Source: Nostoc sp. PCC 7120 = FACHB-418 | GTDB taxonomy: Bacteria; Cyanobacteriota; Cyanobacteriia; Cyanobacteriales; Nostocaceae | Direction of reading: 5' to 3' | Assembly: GCF_000009705.1 (NCBI RefSeq) | Contig: NC_003272.1 | Coordinates: forward strand, 4,110,001 to 4,142,000 | DNA length: 32,000 bases | Part shown: one piece after another, positions 1 to 7,664 of the stretch | How the letters are laid out: each line of letters opens with the position of its first letter | Position numbering within the stretch: position 1 is the first letter of the stretch | Program-made: the position numbers and the translations under genes | The notes under the pieces: generated by a model | What the model was told of the DNA's origin: nothing | Databases searched by the model: none | Seen by the model: the letters and a program-made list of their open reading frames with translations, nothing else

Positions 1-52
1 AAAAATCCGATTAAATTAAAAAGATAACTGATTGCTTGTCATCTAACCGTAC

Positions 53-182
53 TAGGACTTACGTATGGAGAAGAAAAATCAAAGCTTTGGGCAAGAGGTG
101 CAGGGGTTTAGGGGTTTTAAACCCTCACACCCCTAAACCCTCACACCCTTCCAAGGTGAAAAGTCTAATTGCCTAAGTCCTA
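53..182. mobile_element. MITE-like miniature non-coding element (~130 bp) bounded by 9-bp terminal inverted repeats
   Basis: TAGGACTTA at 53-61 has its exact reverse complement TAAGTCCTA at 174-182. The interior has a strong hairpin (AGGGGTTTAGGGGT 102-115 vs ACCCCTAAACCCT 129-141) and a tandem AAACCCTCACACCC duplication (119-132, 135-148). There is no ORF. The family cannot be named without a database. Confidence 0.3.
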
Positions 183-316
183 ATATCTCTGGTTGCGATC
201 ACCAACAAATTCCTGTTATCCCTGTTGTCAGGGGTTACTTAGAGCAGAAATCAAAAACTGATGATTAAGTATCACACAATGAAAGTAAACTGGCTTGTGG
301 TTGAGGAATAAACTTT

Positions 317-1486
317 ATGAAAGCGATGATTCTCGCAGCAGGTAAGGGTACTCGCGTTCGTCCGATTACCTATACGATTCCCAAACCGATGATTCCCATC
401 CTGCAAAAGCCAGTGATGGAATTTTTACTGGAACTTTTACGTCAACATGGTTTTGACCAGATTATGGTCAACGTCAGCCATCTGGCTGAAGAAATTGAAA
501 ACTATTTTCGTGATGGTCAACGGTTTGGTGTACAGATTGCCTATTCTTTTGAAGGCAAAATTGATGATGAAGGTAAGCTGGTAGGGGAAGCAATAGGTTC
601 TGCTGGAGGGATGCGACGCATCCAAGATTTTTCACCATTTTTTGATGATACCTTTGTGGTGTTGTGCGGCGACGCTTTGATTGACTTAGATTTGACGGCA
701 GCAGTGAAGTGGCATAAATCCAAAGGCTCCATCGCTACTATCATCACCAAAACTGTCCCCGAAGAAGAAGTTTCTAGTTATGGTGTGGTCGTCACTGATG
801 AGAATAGTCGGGTTAAAGCCTTCCAAGAAAAACCATCGATAGAGGAAGCACTTAGTACTAATATCAACACAGGTATCTACATTTTTGAGCCAGAGGTGTT
901 TAATTACATACCTTCTGGTGTGGAATATGACATCGGTGGTCAACTATTCCCCAAACTGGTAGAAATTGGTGCGCCCTTCTATGCGATCGCAATGGATTTT
1001 GAATGGGTGGATATTGGTAAAGTACCAGACTACTGGCGGGCAATTCGCGGCGTTTTACAAGGGGATATTAAGAATGTGCAGATTCCCGGTCATGAGGTTG
1101 CCCCTGGTATCTATACTGGCTTAAATGTGGCAGTGAATTGGGACAAAGTAGATATCACTGGCCCAGTTTACATTGGTGGCATGACTCGCATCGAAGATGG
1201 CGCGAAAATTGTCGGCCCGGCAATGATTGGCCCCAATTGCTGGATATGCGGTGAAGCCACTGTTGATAACAGTGTCATCTTTGAATGGTCACGATTAGGG
1301 CATGGAGCCAGGCTAGTTGATAAACTGGTGTTCGGGCGTTACTGCGTCGATAAAACAGGAGCTGCTATTGACGTACAAGCTGCTGCTTTAGATTGGCTGA
1401 TTACCGATGCCCGGCAAACACCACCAGAACATACCCCAGTGGAACGGCAAGCGATCGCCGAATTGTTGGGAACAAACGCAACTTAG
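317..1486 (+). CDS. NDP-sugar pyrophosphorylase (mannose-1-phosphate guanylyltransferase-like nucleotidyltransferase)
   Basis: 389-aa ORF. The N-terminus MILAAGKGTRVRPIT..PKPM is the sugar-1-phosphate nucleotidyltransferase signature. The C-terminal third resembles a left-handed beta-helix (hexapeptide-like repeats). Confidence 0.85.
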   Translation: MKAMILAAGKGTRVRPITYTIPKPMIPILQKPVMEFLLELLRQHGFDQIMVNVSHLAEEIENYFRDGQRFGVQIAYSFEGKIDDEGKLVGEAIGSAGGMRRIQDFSPFFDDTFVVLCGDALIDLDLTAAVKWHKSKGSIATIITKTVPEEEVSSYGVVVTDENSRVKAFQEKPSIEEALSTNINTGIYIFEPEVFNYIPSGVEYDIGGQLFPKLVEIGAPFYAIAMDFEWVDIGKVPDYWRAIRGVLQGDIKNVQIPGHEVAPGIYTGLNVAVNWDKVDITGPVYIGGMTRIEDGAKIVGPAMIGPNCWICGEATVDNSVIFEWSRLGHGARLVDKLVFGRYCVDKTGAAIDVQAAALDWLITDARQTPPEHTPVERQAIAELLGTNAT

Positions 1487-1556
1487 TCATTAGTCATGAG
1501 TCAGTTGTCAGTTGCAATTTCTACTGACAACTGACAACTAACCACTAACCACTAAC
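1487..1556. repeat. STRR-like heptamer repeat tract in the convergent intergenic region
   Basis: The tract contains tandem 7-mers (TAGTCAT x2, CAGTTGT/CAGTTGC, CTGACAA x2, CTAACCA x2). It lies between the stop at 1484-1486 (+) and the speA stop at 1552-1554 (-). Confidence 0.7.
1503..1539. terminator. Bidirectional terminator-like hairpin built from the heptamer repeats
   Basis: AGTTGTCAGTTG (1503-1514) pairs perfectly with CAACTGACAACT (1528-1539), a 12-bp stem with a 13-nt loop. It sits between two convergent genes. There is no clear U-tract. Confidence 0.4.
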
Positions 1557-3591
1557 TATTTAAGTATGTGTATCTTCTGAGACTTTGTTCGTAAGTCTGG
1601 AGTAAGCGCTGGGATTCAGCTAAGGTAATGCGCTTTTCTTCTAACGCCCGCTCGCAACGTTGGCGGATGTTTTCTACCATGTCCTCGGAGTCATATTGGA
1701 CGTAGCTCACCACTTCACTCATGGTATCGCCTTTGACCACGTGTTCAATTTGGTAGCCTTTGGGGGTTAACTGGATATGAACGGCGTTGGTATCGCCGAA
1801 TAAGTTGTGTAAGTTCCCCATAATTTCCTGATAAGCACCATTGAGGAACATTCCCATATAATAGGGTTCCCCTGGTTGGAAGGGGTGCAGTTCTAGCACA
1901 GATTTGACATCCCGTAGGTCGATAAAGCGATCAATTTTGCCATCGCTGTCACAGGTGAGGTCTGCTAAAATTCCTCGCTGCGTTGGTTCTTCATCTAGGC
2001 GATGGATGGGCATAATTGGGAATAGTTGATCGATCGCCCAACAATCTGGTGCTGATTGGAACACGGAAAGATTGATGTAGTAGATGGAAGCCATGATTTT
2101 TTCTAGGTCTTCCAACTCATCAGGTACGTAATCGTGCTGGCGGATGATGTCTAAAATTTTCTGACAACAAGCCCAATAAAGACGTTCAGCTTTGGCTCGT
2201 TCTCTCAGGCGCAAAATCCCCAGATTGAAGCGGCTAATAGCTTCTTCCTTGAATTGGGTAGCGTCGTGGTAGAACTCTTGATAGTTCTCTTTGTTGATGG
2301 ATTGATAAGTTTCCCACAGGTAATTAATAACTGGGGATTCGCCTTCTTTTGGCGGTTCCGGGTTATCGCGGGGAACATCACTAGTACTGAGAACATCAAA
2401 AATGAGTACCGATTGATGGGAGGCGATCGCCCGTCCACTTTCACTAATCAGTGTTGGTACTGGTATTTGTTTCTCTGCACAGGTATCTTTTAACTCTGCC
2501 ACAATGTCGTTGGCATAGTTCTGCATATTGTAGTTTTTGGAGGCGTAGAAGTTGGTCTGGGAACCGTCATAGTCTACACCTAAGCCGCCGCCAACATCCA
2601 GGTATTTCATATTTGCTCCCAAGGATGCTAGCTCTACGTAAATCCGGCTAGCTTCTTGGATGGCATCTTTAATCACATTGATGGCGGAGATTTGCGAACC
2701 AATATGGAAGTGCATTAGCTGTAAAGAATCCAGCAAGTCAGCATCGCGGAGCTTGTCAACTGCTTGGATGATTTCAGGAATCGTCAAACCAAATTTAGCG
2801 CGATCGCCTGTGGATGTACCCCAGCGTCCCATGCCTTGGGTGCTTAATTTCGCTCTTACTCCCAAAATCGGTTTAATTCCTAATTGGTGACTAGCCGCAA
2901 TCACTAAATCGACCTCTTCCACCTGTTCTAGGACGATAATTGGCGTTTGCCCTAGTCTTTGGGATAACATGGCTGTTTCCACATACTCCCGGTCTTTGTA
3001 GCCGTTGCAAATTAGCAAAGATCCAGGGGTATCCAACAACGCCAAAGCAATCATTAATTCTGGCTTGGAACCAGCTTCTAAACCAAACTGATGTGGCCTG
3101 CCAAATCTCACTAAATCCTCAATCAAATGCCGTTGCTGGTTGCACTTCACAGGAAACACACCCCGATATACACCAGGGTAATTGTAGCGAGCGATCGCCT
3201 TGGCAAAACAAGCATTTAAGCGTTCAATGCGGTCTTCTAAAATATCCGAAAAACGAATCAGTAAGGGCAAACCCAAACTGCGTTGTTTCAAAGCATTGAC
3301 CAATTCAAACAAATCCAAAGAACCGCCGCGATCGCCTTTGGGAGAAACAGTGACGTGACCAGCCGCATTAATCGAGAAATAAGGCTGTCCCCAACCTTCA
3401 ATCCGGTATAAAGCTTCGCTGTCCTCAATCTTCCAAACGCGAGATACATCTCCTGGCGTATTCGTTGGTAGCAGCTTTTTCTGCTTGTGATTTTTCCCCT
3501 CCAACTTGTTTCCGTTGGCTGGTACTTTCACCACCTCGTCAGATGTAGCAGTTGACTCAACACCCATTTCTTCCTGACCTCTGTGTTTCAC
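1552..3591 (-). CDS. speA: Biosynthetic arginine decarboxylase
   Basis: 679-aa ORF with the full-length SpeA architecture. It has the PLP-lysine region FPVKCNQ, GGGLGVDYDG, and C-terminal SpeA-specific helices. Confidence 0.95.
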   Translation of the reverse strand: MKHRGQEEMGVESTATSDEVVKVPANGNKLEGKNHKQKKLLPTNTPGDVSRVWKIEDSEALYRIEGWGQPYFSINAAGHVTVSPKGDRGGSLDLFELVNALKQRSLGLPLLIRFSDILEDRIERLNACFAKAIARYNYPGVYRGVFPVKCNQQRHLIEDLVRFGRPHQFGLEAGSKPELMIALALLDTPGSLLICNGYKDREYVETAMLSQRLGQTPIIVLEQVEEVDLVIAASHQLGIKPILGVRAKLSTQGMGRWGTSTGDRAKFGLTIPEIIQAVDKLRDADLLDSLQLMHFHIGSQISAINVIKDAIQEASRIYVELASLGANMKYLDVGGGLGVDYDGSQTNFYASKNYNMQNYANDIVAELKDTCAEKQIPVPTLISESGRAIASHQSVLIFDVLSTSDVPRDNPEPPKEGESPVINYLWETYQSINKENYQEFYHDATQFKEEAISRFNLGILRLRERAKAERLYWACCQKILDIIRQHDYVPDELEDLEKIMASIYYINLSVFQSAPDCWAIDQLFPIMPIHRLDEEPTQRGILADLTCDSDGKIDRFIDLRDVKSVLELHPFQPGEPYYMGMFLNGAYQEIMGNLHNLFGDTNAVHIQLTPKGYQIEHVVKGDTMSEVVSYVQYDSEDMVENIRQRCERALEEKRITLAESQRLLQTYEQSLRRYTYLNS

Positions 3592-3682
3592 CCACGAATA
3601 AACAATTTAACGCATTCGTATAAGAACTGATATGAACTCAGAGATAATTTCTGAGATAAACTCTGATTGGTCAGTAGTTAAT

Positions 3683-3710
3683 TGTTGACTGTTGACTGTT
3701 GACTGCTGAC
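3683..3710. repeat. STRR heptamer array (TGTTGAC x3 + TGCTGAC)
   Basis: Four tandem 7-mers lie in the divergent speA/ndk intergenic region. They are flanked by the inverted pair TTGGTCAG (3667-3674) and CTGACCAA (3706-3713). Confidence 0.8.
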
Positions 3711-3745
3711 CAAATAAAAATTTTATTAAGTTTTGGGAGATAGTT

Positions 3746-4195
3746 TTGGAACGCACATTCTTAGCAATTAAGCCTGATGGCGTACAGCGTGGACTGGTTG
3801 GGGAAATTATCCGTCGCTTTGAAACAAAAGGTTTTACCCTTGTGGGTTTGAAGTTCCTCCAAGTCAGTAAAGAATTGGCTGAACAACATTATGGCGTACA
3901 CCGCGAAAGACCATTCTTTCCTAGCTTAGTGGAATTTATCACCTCTGGCCCGGTGGTAGCGATGGTTTGGGAAGGTGATGGCGTGATTGCTTCTGCCAGA
4001 AAAATTATTGGTGCGACCAATCCCCTAACAGCAGAACCCGGAACAATTCGGGGCGATTTTGGTATTAACATCGGTCGCAACCTCATCCACGGTTCTGATG
4101 CACCAGAAACCGCACAAAAGGAAGTAAGCCTATGGTTTACAGATGCAGAATTAGTCAATTGGCAACCCCATTTAACACCTTGGTTGCACGAGTAA
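3746..4195 (+). CDS. ndk: Nucleoside-diphosphate kinase
   Basis: 149 aa. The start is TTG, with a GGGAGA RBS at 3735-3740. Motifs are [21 protein letters not shown] and the active-site NLIHGSD. Confidence 0.95.
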   Translation: MERTFLAIKPDGVQRGLVGEIIRRFETKGFTLVGLKFLQVSKELAEQHYGVHRERPFFPSLVEFITSGPVVAMVWEGDGVIASARKIIGATNPLTAEPGTIRGDFGINIGRNLIHGSDAPETAQKEVSLWFTDAELVNWQPHLTPWLHE

Positions 4196-4257
4196 TTAGT
4201 TAGGGTGTGGGGAGTAGGGAGTACTGAGTGAAATATTCTAGTTACTAGTTTTCATTT

Positions 4258-4280
4258 CCCAGTCCCCAGTCCCCAGTCCC
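4258..4280. repeat. STRR1-type heptamer array (CCCCAGT repeats)
   Basis: The sequence is CCCAGT CCCCAGT CCCCAGT CCC, between convergent ndk and terC. A partly complementary G-rich tract (4201-4228) could pair with it to form a terminator-like hairpin. Confidence 0.8.
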
Positions 4281-4288
4281 TAATTCCC

Positions 4289-5011
4289 TTACTTCGATAC
4301 TTCACTTTTTTCCACTTCTACTTGTGGTGATTCAATAAGAGTTCGCTTGGAAAAGCCCCAGGTAAATATTAGGGCGATCGCCGCAATCATTAACCACTCT
4401 GGTGGGACAAAATCATCGTTGACGACTTTTAATAACAGACGCAAACCTACCAAAGATACGGTGATATATCCTGCGTCTTCTAGATTTTCAAATTCATCTA
4501 ACCACCGAATAAATAATCCCGCCATGAATCGCAGGGTAAAAATGCCAATTGTTGTCCCGGTGATGACTAGCCAAGTTTCTTGAGATACAGCGATCGCAGT
4601 TGTCACGCTATCCAATGAAAAGGCTAAGTCGGTAAATGCAATCACGGGTATCGCTTGCCATAGGTTAGCAAAACGCGGGCCGTGATGATGCTCGTCTTCA
4701 GTTTCTTCTGAGGTAAAGTGTTGGAATACCAGCCATAGCAGGTAAGCCGCACCCAGGAGTTCAAATTGCCAGAATTTTTGTACCTCAGTGGCGGTTAACA
4801 ATAAGGTTATTCGCAACACATAGGCGACAACTAAACCAATGTTGAGGGCTTGGCGTTCTAGGTTTTTGTCTTCTAGCCCTTGGGCGATCGCAGCGAGGGC
4901 GATCGCGTTATCTGCTGATAGTACCGCCTCTAGTAATACTAATATCAGCAGGACTATAGAGGCTTCAACGCTGAAATGAAAGTGCAGGTAGTCAAAAATT
5001 CGGTCTAGCAT
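4289..5011 (-). CDS. TerC-family integral membrane protein
   Basis: 240-aa multi-pass membrane ORF. It has the LEAVLSADNAIALA motif and a second DSV..AIA half-repeat, both typical of the TerC family. Confidence 0.8.
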   Translation of the reverse strand: MLDRIFDYLHFHFSVEASIVLLILVLLEAVLSADNAIALAAIAQGLEDKNLERQALNIGLVVAYVLRITLLLTATEVQKFWQFELLGAAYLLWLVFQHFTSEETEDEHHHGPRFANLWQAIPVIAFTDLAFSLDSVTTAIAVSQETWLVITGTTIGIFTLRFMAGLFIRWLDEFENLEDAGYITVSLVGLRLLLKVVNDDFVPPEWLMIAAIALIFTWGFSKRTLIESPQVEVEKSEVSK

Positions 5012-5196
5012 TCCAGATTTCTCAAGCAGTGGAAATTAAAAATTAGCAGTGATAGCCAATCTCATATAATAAAGTGCAACAAATTGCTACTTTCATCCAG
5101 CTTAACCTGTAGGGGGTGGATTCTGGTAAGTCCAGAATCTATGCGTTAGTGTGGTTTACCGCAGGTGCCACTTTTTTAGTTCACACAGAGAAGACA

Positions 5197-5248
5197 TCTT
5201 CTCTAATTTAGAGGGAGAATATTTTTACGAATATCTAGATGAAGACCT
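5197..5248 (+). repeat. Copy A of a ~51-bp direct repeat (ends in ATGAAGACCT)
   Basis: TCTTCTCTAATTTAGAGGGAGAATATTTTTACGAATATCTAGATGAAGACCT aligns with 6026-6076 at about 46 of 52 positions, with a 1-nt indel. Confidence 0.7.
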
Positions 5249-5358
5249 TTTCAGAAAAAAGATTATTCAGAAAGTTAGGAAAACTATCTGACTCAGAGAT
5301 GCAACTTGTTTCTCAAGTATTAGCGATTGTTTTAAATCTCGCTCACTCGTCAAATTAG
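5239..5358 (+). pseudogene. Internally deleted MazF/PemK-like toxin remnant (39 codons)
   Basis: The ORF reads MKT-FSEKRLFRKLGKLSDSEMQLVSQVLAIVLNLAHSSN. The tail has the C-terminal pattern of MazF/PemK/EndoA toxins (RL..K.G.LS...M..V..AL.I.L.L). The roughly 75-aa core is missing. Confidence 0.35.
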
Positions 5359-5429
5359 CGATCGCTTTTTTAACAACCTGCAAAGGGCGCAAATGGATAA
5401 AGAGAGCGATCGCATAGTAAACTACGATC

Positions 5430-5873
5430 TTATTGCTGCTGTTGCAACCAAGTTACCAAATCAGCTTCAGTAGAAAAATCTAGTAATGCTTCAGCTAAAT
5501 CTTCTAACTGAGTTAAAGATAATCCCTGCACTCGCTCTTGTAATTCAGGGGTAATATCACCAATTCGTCTTGTTAATTGACGCTGGATTACTTTCAATTC
5601 TCCTTGCTGTAGACCTTGTTGCAGCCCTTGTTGTATTCCTTCCTCCATCCAACTAGTGACGATCTGCATAACTACCTCTTGTTGAGTTGGTTCAAATTGT
5701 GCAATTTCAGCCTGGAAAATTTCTGTTTCTTGGGCGTTTAGGCGTAGGTAGGTGTCAATAAACCCAGAAATTAACTGCATTCGTGCTGGATCTAACTGCA
5801 AAGTAGCTAAAAGACGCAGACACTCAGATTTTACTCTGGGGCGGTCTTGTAGTGCTATGCTCATTTTAGCCAT
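5430..5873 (-). CDS. DUF4351 domain protein, probably a 5'-truncated remnant of an Rpn/DUF2887-type putative transposase-nuclease
   Basis: 147-aa ORF ending ...LKVIQRQLTRRIGDITPELQERVQGLSLTQLEDLAEALLDFSTEADLVTWLQQQQ, which is a typical DUF4351 C-terminus. The in-frame region upstream hits TGA 13 codons before the ATG. A KLIRLF reading sits in another frame, so the N-terminal nuclease-like half is absent or frameshifted. Confidence 0.65.
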   Translation of the reverse strand: MAKMSIALQDRPRVKSECLRLLATLQLDPARMQLISGFIDTYLRLNAQETEIFQAEIAQFEPTQQEVVMQIVTSWMEEGIQQGLQQGLQQGELKVIQRQLTRRIGDITPELQERVQGLSLTQLEDLAEALLDFSTEADLVTWLQQQQ

Positions 5874-6025
5874 CAGCGCACTAGCTACGGGATTTTGCTC
5901 CTCAAAATAGGCGAATCAGCTTTAGAACTTGTGCTTCAAGATAAAGACTCACTTACTAAAATACCAATTAGTGCCAGCCGCAATCACAGCTATTGCAGAC
6001 TACGCACCTAATAGCGGATTAAATC

Positions 6026-6076
6026 TCTTCTCTGATTTAGAAAGAGAAGATTTTACGAATATCCAGATGAAGACCT
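6026..6076 (+). repeat. Copy B of the ~51-bp direct repeat
   Basis: TCTTCTCTGATTTAGAAAGAGAAGATTTTACGAATATCCAGATGAAGACCT. See copy A at 5197-5248. Confidence 0.7.
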
Positions 6077-6132
6077 CCACAATTGAGAGCCTTATGTATA
6101 GAGGTGAAGTCTGGCTAGTAACTTTAGAATAA
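6067..6132 (+). pseudogene. N-terminal fragment of a MazF/PemK-like toxin (21 codons, then stop)
   Basis: The ORF reads MKTSTIESLMYRGEVWLVTLE*. RGEVWLV.L matches the RGD(I/V)W.V.L motif that opens MazF/PemK toxins. The reading frame then terminates. Confidence 0.3.
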
Positions 6133-6191
6133 ATTCTAATAAAAGAGATGAAAATCTACTTAATAATCAGGGGTTTCCGAGATTTTTTCTC

Positions 6192-6220
6192 TTGATAAGC
6201 CTATCTGAGCCTATTATAGA
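6192..6220 (+). promoter_or_regulatory. Candidate sigma70-type promoter for the ATPase-RloB operon
   Basis: TTGATA (6192-6197), a 17-nt spacer, then TATAGA (6215-6220), about 43 nt upstream of the ATG at 6263. Confidence 0.3.
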
Positions 6221-6262
6221 ATAAAGTGCAGTGTGAAATAGGACTTATTTGGGTGAAAGATA

Positions 6263-7654
6263 ATGCTAATTCAACTAACCATACAAAACTTTTTGTCTTT
6301 CAGAGATGAAGTTACATTCAGTATGCTAGGGGTTAGCAGTGACCAACAACACATAGATCATCTTGCTGAAAACGCGGCAGGAAAAGGTCGTTCTGTATTA
6401 CCTATTGCTGCCATTTATGGTGCAAATGCAGCAGGTAAATCAAATCTCATCAAGGCTCTCAATTTTGTCAAAGATTTAGTTGTAGAAGGTACTAGAAGCA
6501 ATAAACCTATTCTTGTTTCTCCATTTAAACTAGGTGATTATAGTAAACAGAAAAGTAAGTTTGAATTTATATTTACATATCAAGAATCTCAATATTCTTA
6601 TGGATTTACATTAAATAGAGAACAAATTTTCGAGGAATGGCTTTATGCTGTGCCTCGTAGTAAAAAAAAGGAAATTATGTACTTTGAACGCATCACTTCC
6701 TCAGAAAAAGAAACGATTTTAGAATATGGTTCAGCGCTTAAAGGTAAAACAGAGAAACGTCAACAAGTTTTAGAATTTATCGCAGAAGGAACTCGTCATA
6801 ATCAACTTTTTTTAACAGAAGCAGTTGACCGAAATGTTAAAACTTTACTTCCAGTTTTTAACTGGTTTAAAGAAGCACTAACTATCATTCCAGCAGAGGC
6901 AGAATACCAAGGATTAGAAGTTGGAATACTCAGTAATGAATCTTTTACAAATTTCCTCAGTGAATTTTTGAAATTTGCGGGGACAGGAATTGATTCAATA
7001 AGCACTGAAGAAGTTGATCTAGATTTTGAGCAACACTTTCCAACAATGCCTAAATCTATCACAGAGCGTTTGCTAGAAAAATTTGAAGAAGCAGACGATA
7101 ATTCGGTAGCAATGATAGTAAATACACGAGGTAAACGATATCTCCTTTTCAAGAATGAAGGCGATAGATTAAGATTGATTCAATTAAAAACTCAACATCG
7201 CCATGAAGATGGACATCTGATTGATTTTACAATTGAAGAAGAGTCAGAAGGAACTCAACGTTTGATTAATCTCATACCATCTTTATTTCTTTTACAAGAA
7301 GAATCTGAGAAAGTCGTTTTTTTAGATGAACTTGATAGACGCTTGCATCCTTTACTATCTCGTTGTTTTGTACAAACAGCAATAAATTGTAGAGGAAGAA
7401 ATAATCAATTAATCTTTACAACTCATGATACTAACTTACTCGATTTAGATTTGCTACGGCGTGATGAGATTTGGTTTGTTGAGAAGAACCAGCAGGGTGT
7501 GTCAAATCTTTATTCTTTAGCAGAATTCAAGATTAGACCCGACTTAAAAGTTGAGAAGGGTTACTTAAATGGTCGTTTTGGAGCTATTCCTTTCTTTGGA
7601 GATCCACAAAGTTTAGGGTGGTTCGATTGTGATACTGGTTTATCTGTAGGATGA
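6263..7654 (+). CDS. AAA15/AAA21-type ABC ATPase (AbiLi / AriA / OLD-ATPase-like)
   Basis: 463 aa. It has Walker A GANAAGKS (aa 53-60, nt 6419-6442), a signature-like SEGTQRLINL (from aa 328), Walker B VVFLDELD (D355/E356, nt 7325-7330), and an H-loop FTTHD (H388). The N-terminal MLIQLTIQNFLSFRD is typical of SMC/RecF-like ABC ATPases. Confidence 0.85.
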   Translation: MLIQLTIQNFLSFRDEVTFSMLGVSSDQQHIDHLAENAAGKGRSVLPIAAIYGANAAGKSNLIKALNFVKDLVVEGTRSNKPILVSPFKLGDYSKQKSKFEFIFTYQESQYSYGFTLNREQIFEEWLYAVPRSKKKEIMYFERITSSEKETILEYGSALKGKTEKRQQVLEFIAEGTRHNQLFLTEAVDRNVKTLLPVFNWFKEALTIIPAEAEYQGLEVGILSNESFTNFLSEFLKFAGTGIDSISTEEVDLDFEQHFPTMPKSITERLLEKFEEADDNSVAMIVNTRGKRYLLFKNEGDRLRLIQLKTQHRHEDGHLIDFTIEEESEGTQRLINLIPSLFLLQEESEKVVFLDELDRRLHPLLSRCFVQTAINCRGRNNQLIFTTHDTNLLDLDLLRRDEIWFVEKNQQGVSNLYSLAEFKIRPDLKVEKGYLNGRFGAIPFFGDPQSLGWFDCDTGLSVG

Positions 7655-7664
7655 GTCGCAAGTC

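Noticed and set aside
437-943. Three antisense ORFs (62-85 aa) inside the nucleotidyltransferase gene
   Set aside because: They lie entirely within, and antisense to, a well-supported CDS. Their sequences are low complexity with no recognisable motifs. They are typical shadow ORFs.
2205-3299. Five ORF-track entries (66-119 aa), on both strands, inside speA
   Set aside because: They are shadow or alternative-frame ORFs within a full-length, motif-complete SpeA gene. They have no RBS and no family resemblance.
3683-4280. Tandem short repeats as a possible CRISPR array
   Set aside because: The units are 7 nt, directly abutting, with no spacers. These are STRR-type heptamers. No cas genes are in the window.
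5012-5200. yybP-ykoY (manganese) riboswitch in the 5' leader of the TerC-family gene
   Set aside because: I reverse-complemented the leader and looked for the conserved GGGGAGUAG and GAGACC-type cores, and they are not present on the sense strand. There is only a generic 8-bp hairpin (GATTCTGG/CCAGAATC, about 5119-5139) and a weak stem plus T6 on the opposite strand. A covariance-model scan (Rfam RF00080) would settle it.
5929-6132. 67-aa ORF (MCFKIKTH...RGEVWLVTLE) as a genuine gene
   Set aside because: It appears to be a chimera. It reads through a repeat copy into a 21-codon MazF-like N-terminal fragment that stops prematurely. I report it as pseudogene debris instead.
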